Shown: positions 1 to 5,557 of the stretch, piece after piece | Layout of the letters: the number at the start of each line of letters is the position of its first letter | Position numbering within the stretch: position 1 is the stretch's first letter | From: Candidatus Sulfobium sp. | Lineage (GTDB): Bacteria > Nitrospirota > Thermodesulfovibrionia > Thermodesulfovibrionales > UBA6898 | Assembly: GCA_037380845.1 (NCBI GenBank) | Contig: JARRRI010000028.1 | Span: 1 to 18,082 of the forward strand | Direction: 5' to 3' | DNA length: 18,082 nucleotides | Notes under the pieces: model-generated | What the model was told of the DNA's origin: nothing | Database searches by the model: none | The model's input: only the letters and a program-made list of their open reading frames with translations | Position numbers and translations under genes: made by a program

Positions 1-195
1 CAGTATATCGCTTGATCGGCAAGGCCGCAATGAGAGCTATTGCTTTTCATGTGGCAAATAATGCTGTTCACTGCCGAGAACTTCAGAATGACTGCCCGCT
101 TGATTTTTGAGTGCCTCCTGAAATCAAAACCGAGCGTTTCAGCCACACATACAAGAGTACTGCCGGAAAGGAGTAATCATACCGCCGACCGGTTT

Positions 196-237
196 TGAGG
201 ACTCGTCGGTGAAGTTGAGAGGCTAACGTTCTTCCTG
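196..237. repeat. 42-bp dispersed direct repeat, copy 1
   Basis: TGAGGACTCGTCGGTGAAGTTGAGAGGCTAACGTTCTTCCTG; ungapped manual alignment gives 35/42 identity to 1932-1973 and 29/42 to 3211-3252. Confidence 0.85.
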
Positions 238-481
238 TAAACCACTCCGGTAGAAGGTACAAATAGACCAAAGGTTACAATGGCAAATAAATAGAGCAAG
301 CACCTACCAACATCGTCCATCCCTGGAAAATATCGATACTATGGCTTGATTGACGAATAGCTTATTTTGTGATAACCAGTAATTGCATAGGATATCGCCT
401 GGGGAAAGCCGAGTTCATTGCGAACGAGGCACCATTTAGTCGTATGAGGGGGGAAAAAGCAAAAAAGGAAGGAGACAGATC

Positions 482-805
482 ATGAAGTATTTACATCAGG
501 CGTCGTATACAGCGGAGGCTCTCTCAGCTATGCTCAAGAACCCACAGAGTCGCAGTGAGATGGTCCGACGGACTATTGAAAAACTCGGAGGCCGTCTCGA
601 AGGCTTTTGGTTCGCCTTCGGGGATTATGATATAGCGCTTGTTTTTGAGATGCCAGATAGTGTAAATGCCGCTGCTTTTTCTATGGCGGCCTCCTCAGGA
701 GGCGGTGTAAAAGCCGTTAAGACTACGCAGTTGCTGACGACTGAGGAGGCGGTAGCAGCTATGAAGAAGGCGGCAAAGTCAGGCTACAAGCCTCCTAAAA
801 AATAG
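482..805 (+). CDS. GYD domain-containing protein
   Basis: 107 aa with the family pattern YT..A...M...P..R......E.LGG.L..F.F.FGDYD......PD; GAAGGAG RBS just upstream of the ATG. Confidence 0.85.
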   Translation: MKYLHQASYTAEALSAMLKNPQSRSEMVRRTIEKLGGRLEGFWFAFGDYDIALVFEMPDSVNAAAFSMAASSGGGVKAVKTTQLLTTEEAVAAMKKAAKSGYKPPKK

Positions 806-815
806 TCAGATCTCT

Positions 816-1043
816 TTGCTGGCACTGAATGAAGTGAGGAATACGCTTCACGCTACATGGACGCCCAAGCCCGTCCCCGGACACACATTCATTCTCGAAG
901 TTTGGGATCGTGATAATTTTGACGGTGGTGCTGACATGATCTGGTTCCAAGTGATTCGTCCAAGTCCCAACGGAACTGTAAGACCAGCGCTGTCGCTCTC
1001 AGAACCCTGCGAGGTGGAGGCCGGGAATATCCTGGTACAGTAA
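816..1043 (+). pseudogene. Probable 5'-truncated remnant (C-terminal part) of a secreted beta-rich protein
   Basis: TTG start with no RBS, 10 bp after the GYD stop. F.LEVWD.D..G.D.IWFQV...G...L...V.AGNILVQ* resembles the C-terminal GGNI.V-type ending of extracellular domains (recalled similarity, not searched). Confidence 0.4.
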
Positions 1044-1210
1044 GGTCTCCTAATAACGTAGTAAGCTGTCCATCAGCGGACGGGCCCAACTGTCCTTCAA
1101 AAGGGGGTGATGTGACTGTTAGTACTACAGATAGTCTTTGATGGTCGTCGGTTTTGGACGGTATGAATCCTTATTTCTTGTAAGGGAAACTTTGTTCCAA
1201 GGGGGTTAAA

Positions 1211-1737
1211 ATGACTAAGAAGATAATCTTCCGTACGTGTCTCACTTTCCTGCTCACTTTTTTCTTTGTTCAGGGGGCCATGGCCGCAGACGAACTTGAA
1301 GTAGTGTTTGAAAGACATAATACATCTATCACTCCCATATATATGAGCGGCCACATGGGAGACTCTAACTGGATTGAAGGATTCAGTTCTACAGCTGATA
1401 TTTATCTGGACAACGTCAAGTGGGAACAAGTTCTGGCACGGTAACATTCTCAAATCCGCCAATGATTCTGGGTGAAAGATACGGCAATTTAATAGTCCAT
1501 TTTACAACCACTATCACGGGCGTAGGGACATATGAGGTAAATGGTCAGGGAATTGTCTTAGCCAGCAGCACTACAACGACGGTTGGAGATACCACGCTCG
1601 CATGGTCTGGCTCAATAAGTAACGGCACCGGCGATCTCTCGAACATTTACGGTTTAAGCGCCGGCACTGGAGTTTCTAATGTTCTTGAAGGTGGAGGAAC
1701 TCTTACGGAAGTAGATCGAGTTCGATTTGAATACTAG
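1211..1737 (+). pseudogene. Secreted beta-rich protein split by a 1-bp frameshift near 1418-1420
   Basis: ORF 1211-1444 has a signal peptide (MTKKIIFRTCLTFLLTFFFVQGAMA/ADE). ORF 1420-1737 continues seamlessly if one base is added in GTCAAGTGGGA (..DNVK-VGTSSGTVTF..), giving 175 aa. The GSISNGTGDLSNIYG motif recalls DUF3224/allene-oxide-cyclase-like barrels. Confidence 0.7.
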
Positions 1738-1838
1738 CAAACGCATTGTCGCTGGGTCGATAAGGACGGGGACCCTGTGATGAATGCCCGCGATTCGAAG
1801 GGATTACTAGAACAGATTATTGCTGCGAGAGTGAATTG

Positions 1839-1870
1839 AGCAGGGGCTAGATCAGTGTCTCGCCCCTGCT
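1839..1870. terminator. GC-rich stem-loop (terminator- or REP-like)
   Basis: AGCAGGGGC (1839-1847) and GCCCCTGCT (1862-1870) are a perfect 9-bp inverted repeat, extended inward by AGAT/GTCT; no clear poly-T tail. Confidence 0.45.
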
Positions 1871-1931
1871 GTCTCAACTGCCAAGTTGGACTTTCTAATG
1901 CTAATCGATAACAGTTGCACTTTCCAATAAG

Positions 1932-1973
1932 TGAGGACGTGTCGGTGGAGTTGAGAGGCAAGAGTCCTTCCTG
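1932..1973. repeat. 42-bp dispersed direct repeat, copy 2
   Basis: TGAGGACGTGTCGGTGGAGTTGAGAGGCAAGAGTCCTTCCTG; 35/42 identical to 196-237. Confidence 0.85.
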
Positions 1974-2104
1974 AAGTAGACACTTGAACAATACTTCGCG
2001 GGCATGTACACTTTTGTTAGAAATATATATTTATGACTGTAATGGAGGTTTTATACGCCGCAATATCGAACATGCGTGCAACAAGTGCGGCAAAGCAGTT
2101 GACG

Positions 2105-3156
2105 TTAGGCGACATCACTGGTGTTTGATATCGGGTGCGACACCCTGACCCAAAGCTATGAAACAAGAAGGGCCTTAGCGTTATGAAAAAGCACACTATC
2201 TTCCTCGCGATCTTGCTCACCGTCGCATGCATATTGTCCCCTGGGGTCACATGGGCTCAAGGAAATTTAAAAGCCGCTACTTCGTGACGAGTGACGGCGT
2301 CAAACTCCACTACTTGGAAGCGGGATCCGGCCCGCCCCTCGTGTTTGTGCCCGGCTGGACTATGCCTGCGTGGATCTGGGAATCGCAGCTGAGATACTTC
2401 GGCGCGACCCGTCGGGTGGTGGCCCTCGACCCGCGCGGGCAGGGTCGTTCCGACAAGCCTACGAAGGGATATCATGCGACCCGGCGCGGGCGCGACATTT
2501 ACGAACTGCTCAACAACTTGGGCGGCGAACCCGCCGTCGTTGTGGGCTGGTCTCTCGGCGTGCAGGAAGTTCTCGTTTGTGCTCACGAGTTTGGGACTAG
2601 ACGCATTCGAGCCATCGTACTCGTGGATCATCCTGTCGTCATGGACCCAAAAATGGTCCTTGCGATAGCAAGCGAGAGAATTAAACTTTTGCAGGTGAAC
2701 CGGGAGGCCTGGACGCGGAGTTTTGTCAAAGACATTCTGCGAAAGCCCCCTTCCGACGCTTATCTGGAGGCCCTGACCCAAGCTGCCCTCTTTACACCGA
2801 CGAACGCTGCCGCCATCATGATGGCCAATCTCTACTTCATAGGGCCGACCGATTTGGGTCCAGCGCTAGATGCCCTGGACCGCCCCGTGCTCTTCGTCTA
2901 TTCGTCTCTCGAATGGGCTGTGGCCGCAGCCGAAGATGTTCGCAAGGGTTGGCCGAAGGTGCCTGTAAAGGTTATCGAGGAACCCTCGCACGCCGTCTTC
3001 GTCGCTAAACCGCAGGAATTCAACCGCGTGCTGGAAGAGTTTCTAGCTTCGTTGCCGAAATAGTGCGAGGGCGTCTTGAAATGCCTGTGACAGCATGTCG
3101 CCTAACACGGCGTTGTACCTGACGGCCCGCTGCGTGGCCCGCAGGTGAACACTACG
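2105..3156 (+). mobile_element. Integron gene cassette (1052 bp) carrying an alpha/beta hydrolase; solitary, no intI in window
   Basis: Begins at core site G^TTAGGC (2104-2110, GTTRRRY) and ends in attC at G^TT (3156). GTTAGGCGACAT (2104-2115) is the exact reverse complement of ATGTCGCCTAAC (3095-3106), as expected for a circularisable cassette. It holds one gene oriented toward attC. Confidence 0.85.
2183..3063 (+). pseudogene. Secreted alpha/beta-fold hydrolase (non-heme haloperoxidase/arylesterase-like), frameshifted after the signal peptide near 2261-2265
   Basis: Catalytic body in ORF 2227-3063: DGVKLHY.EAGSG, VPGW, DPRGQGRS, GWSLG nucleophile elbow, SHAVF His. Signal peptide MKKHTIFLAILLTVACILSPGVTWAQ starts at ATG 2183 in another frame; one extra A in GGAAA joins them into 293 aa. 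Confidence 0.8.
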
Positions 3157-3162
3157 TTAACA
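3100..3162 (+). other. attC recombination site (63 bp)
   Basis: R'' GCCTAAC (3100-3106), 5-nt spacer, L'' GTTGTACC (3112-3119, one extra base), central palindrome TG[A]CGGCC..GGCCCGCA, L' GGTGAAC (3144-3150), 5-nt spacer, R' GTTAACA (3156-3162). It starts 36 bp after the hydrolase stop. Confidence 0.88.
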
Positions 3163-3210
3163 ACTGTTAGTTCCTAGTATAAATCCACGATAGTTGCAGT
3201 TCAGCGTACC

Positions 3211-3252
3211 TGTCGACTTGTCGGTGAAGCCGCCACCCTCGGCTTCTTCCTG
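3211..3252. repeat. 42-bp dispersed direct repeat, copy 3 (diverged centre)
   Basis: TGTCGACTTGTCGGTGAAGCCGCCACCCTCGGCTTCTTCCTG; 29/42 to copy 1 with identical spacing; shares AGTTGCA at the same upstream offset as copy 2; internal 7-bp stem GAAGCCG/CGGCTTC. Confidence 0.65.
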
Positions 3253-3585
3253 AACTCTAAACTTTCCAGACGGACTTGGTAAAAGACCGGCTCTTTTTCC
3301 AAGTCCCTTGCTTCACAGGCATCCTGGATTGGTGCAATGCGGCTGCATACTCTTGCCTGTCGACCTGACGAGTGACCTACCCCCGAAACAAGAATCCTCA
3401 ATTATTTGGAAAATTTATAAAAAATTATACATTCTCAGCCTGTCCGTCTCTCGAAAGCCGACAACATCTCCACATTCAAATCCTTATCCCGGATAATTTT
3501 CCATCCCACATTTTGTTGCCTTACATCCGTCGCACACAATATATGGAATAAATAAGAAAAAAATTAGAAAAATAAAATTTTTTTC

Positions 3586-3614
3586 TTGACACAAAAAATG
3601 TTCTGCCTTATAGT
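3586..3614 (+). promoter_or_regulatory. Sigma70-type promoter of the dcw operon
   Basis: TTGACA (3586-3591), 17-bp spacer, TATAGT (3609-3614); A/T tracts upstream (about 3547-3584) fit an UP element. Confidence 0.85.
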
Positions 3615-3616
3615 TG

Positions 3617-3642
3617 GTGGTAAATAGTGGAGGAAAGTGGAG
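3617..3642 (+). promoter_or_regulatory. MraZ-binding repeats
   Basis: GTGG at 3617, 3627 and 3637 (GTGGTA, GTGGAG, GTGGAG), exact 10-bp period, between the -10 and the mraZ start; matches known MraZ operator architecture. Confidence 0.85.
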
Positions 3643-3648
3643 GGAACA

Positions 3649-4101
3649 ATGCCGGCTTTCTCCGGAAAATATTATTACAGCTTGGACCCAAAGGGGAGAA
3701 TCATCATACCCGCTCCTTTCAGGGAAATAATTTCCTCCAATTATAACCCGAAACTGTACGTTGTCAACGCGGCCTTCGATAAATGCCTCCATATCTATCC
3801 CCAGGAGGAATGGAACAGGCATGAAGAAAAGGTCCGCCAGCTTCCGACGATGCTCGAAGAGGTGCGATTTTATATGAGAAAGGTCATCGCTTCGGCCCAG
3901 GAAGTCGAGATGGACAAACAGGGGAGGATACTCATACCCGCCGCTCACAGGGCCGACTCGGGATTGAATACCGATATCGTGATGGTGGGGTTAATAGAAA
4001 AAATTGAGTTGTGGGACAAGAAAGAATGGGAAGCCGCGGTCGACCCCGCCCGCATCGACAGGAGAACGGTGGAAGAAAAACTTGCGGCGTACGGGCTCTA
4101 A
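3649..4101 (+). CDS. mraZ: Transcriptional regulator MraZ
   Basis: Two SpoVT/AbrB repeats (LDPKGRIIIP, MDKQGRILIP) and first gene of the dcw operon. ATG 3649 after GGAGG is preferred over GTG 3637, which is an operator box. Confidence 0.96.
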   Translation: MPAFSGKYYYSLDPKGRIIIPAPFREIISSNYNPKLYVVNAAFDKCLHIYPQEEWNRHEEKVRQLPTMLEEVRFYMRKVIASAQEVEMDKQGRILIPAAHRADSGLNTDIVMVGLIEKIELWDKKEWEAAVDPARIDRRTVEEKLAAYGL

Positions 4102-4108
4102 ATAAAGC

Positions 4109-4261
4109 AAGAAGTAAAAAGTACGAAGTCAGAATGTAACAAAGTGAAGAGAGGAAATTCAGAATGCAAAAAAAGGCAGAAAAAAGGCAAAAACAGAAGT
4201 TTGGCAAGGCGGCCGGTCCGTCTTTAACTTCTGCATTCTGCAGTCTGCATTCTGATTTCAG
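4109..4261. repeat. Imperfect inverted element built of 7-bp units in the mraZ-rsmH spacer
   Basis: Left AAGAAGT AAAAAGT ACGAAGT CAGAATG (4109-4136), plus CAGAATG (4160) and CAGAAGT (4194); right ACTTCTG CATTCTG CAGTCTG CATTCTG ATTTCAG (4227-4261), complementary to the left units. Confidence 0.75.
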
Positions 4262-4270
4262 ACCGGCGTA

Positions 4271-5143
4271 ATGACGCCGGCAGAGCATCTGCCGGTACTC
4301 GTCAGAGAGGTTGTGGACCTTCTCTCGCCACATGAGGGAGGGTTGTATGTAGATGCAACGGTGGGACTTGGCGGGCATTCGGAGGAGATTTTGAAAATGA
4401 TCGGCCGTAACGGAAGATTGATAGGTATCGACAGAGACGATGCCGCCCTCCGCATAGCGGGTGAGAGATTGGAAGACCCGCGGGTGCTCCTGAAGAAAAG
4501 CAGGTTTTCCGAAATGGGAGACGTCATCGTGCCGTACGGTAAGGCGGACGGCATACTTTTCGACCTCGGCGTTTCGATGATGCAGCTCAGGAAACTCGAA
4601 AGAGGGTTCAGTTTTCTATCGGATGAGAGACTGGATATGCGCATGGACAGGACCCAGAGTCTTACCGCCTGGGAGGTGGTAAATCATTATTCGGAAAAGG
4701 AACTTATCCGGGTGCTGAAGGAATATGGCGAGGAGCCCCGGGCTCCTAGGATAGCGAGGGCGATCGGCCGGTACAGGAAAGAAGCCGATATCGATACCTG
4801 CTCCGAACTCGCCGAGCTCATCTCACGTTCTGTAGGAAGGAGGGGGAGAATCCATCCCGCAACCAGGACTTTTCAGGCCCTCAGGATCGAGGTCAACGAT
4901 GAAATGAGAGAACTCCAGTGGGGACTGAACTCTTCGCTGAACTTATTGAAGAGCGGAGGGCGGATGTGTGTTATCTCCTACCATTCCCTGGAAGACCGGA
5001 TCGTCAAGAATTTCATCAGAGAGAACGCCAGAGGGGGAGCGCTGAAACCCCTGACAAAGAAGCCCGTAACCCCCGGTATAAAGGAAATCCGTGAGAATCC
5101 GTCTTCCAGGAGCGCCAAGATGAGAGGTGCCGAGAGACTATGA
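4271..5143 (+). CDS. rsmH: 16S rRNA m4C1402 methyltransferase RsmH
   Basis: H.PVL..EV, DATVGLGGHS, DLGVS, LDMRMD, HPATRTFQALRIEVN, ISYHSLEDRIVK, NP.SRSAK. Confidence 0.98.
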   Translation: MTPAEHLPVLVREVVDLLSPHEGGLYVDATVGLGGHSEEILKMIGRNGRLIGIDRDDAALRIAGERLEDPRVLLKKSRFSEMGDVIVPYGKADGILFDLGVSMMQLRKLERGFSFLSDERLDMRMDRTQSLTAWEVVNHYSEKELIRVLKEYGEEPRAPRIARAIGRYRKEADIDTCSELAELISRSVGRRGRIHPATRTFQALRIEVNDEMRELQWGLNSSLNLLKSGGRMCVISYHSLEDRIVKNFIRENARGGALKPLTKKPVTPGIKEIRENPSSRSAKMRGAERL

Positions 5144-5502
5144 TCAGCCCTAAAACAAATACCTCTATGCTATCATTACTGTATAAACCGCTGGTGGTTG
5201 CCTGTCTGCTCCTCGGTCTGTTCGGACTCATATGGCTGAGGTCCAGAATAGTTGCCGTAAACTACGAAATACACAACCTCGAAGAAAAGAAGATGGACGC
5301 CCTCACCGATATGAAGCTCCTCCTCGCCGACAGGGCGAAGCTTATGTCCCTTGCAAAAATCGACACGTCGCTGCAGAGAACAGCCACTGATAAACGATAT
5401 GCCGGGGGCGGATACGTATTCCCGGACCGGGTCAAAGTCGTACACGTAAAAAGAAGCAAAGGGTTGGCACCTTATAACGTAGCGTTTAAACGCGCGCAAT
5501 GA
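5140..5502 (+). CDS. ftsL: Cell division protein FtsL (divergent)
   Basis: Short N-terminus, one TM helix, then a coiled coil (YEIHNLEEKK..L..L); lies between rsmH and ftsI with an ATGA overlap. Confidence 0.75.
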   Translation: MISPKTNTSMLSLLYKPLVVACLLLGLFGLIWLRSRIVAVNYEIHNLEEKKMDALTDMKLLLADRAKLMSLAKIDTSLQRTATDKRYAGGGYVFPDRVKVVHVKRSKGLAPYNVAFKRAQ

Positions 5503-5557
5503 GACGGAGGAAGCCGCATCTCCCGGTCTCTCATTTGGCGCGCCGCGGTGGAATGAC

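Noticed and set aside
1..50. Possible minus-strand gene start at ATG 50; a neighbouring frame reads KAIALIAALP, like a nucleoside phosphorylase N-terminus
   Set aside because: Only 16 codons are visible, it needs a frameshift, and there is no RBS.
83..271. 62-aa minus ORF as a real gene
   Set aside because: TTG start with no RBS; only the 13 codons in repeat copy 1 show a coding signal.
350..378. Promoter for the GYD gene (TTGACG...GATAAC)
   Set aside because: 15-bp spacer and poor -10.
1084..1124. GCCCAAC...GTTAGTA as a second attC
   Set aside because: About 41 bp, too short, with no L boxes or internal palindrome.
1139..1183. TGATGGTCGTCGGT...TTTCTTGTAA as another copy of the 42-bp repeat
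   Set aside because: Needs gaps, centre is unrelated, and the minus-strand peptide is not conserved.
1892..2023. TTTCTAAT...GTTAGAAA as a degenerate attC upstream of the cassette
   Set aside because: Lacks the AAC triplet and the arms do not pair internally.
2030..2104. CxxC-containing frame (..HACNKCGKAVD) interrupted by the cassette
   Set aside because: No credible start and it would stop four codons after the junction; not distinguishable from chance.
196..3252. The 42-bp repeats as a CRISPR array, tRNA/tmRNA fragments or riboswitches
   Set aside because: Spacing is 1.3-1.7 kb, there are no cas genes, no T-loop/CCA, and no riboswitch consensus I recognise.
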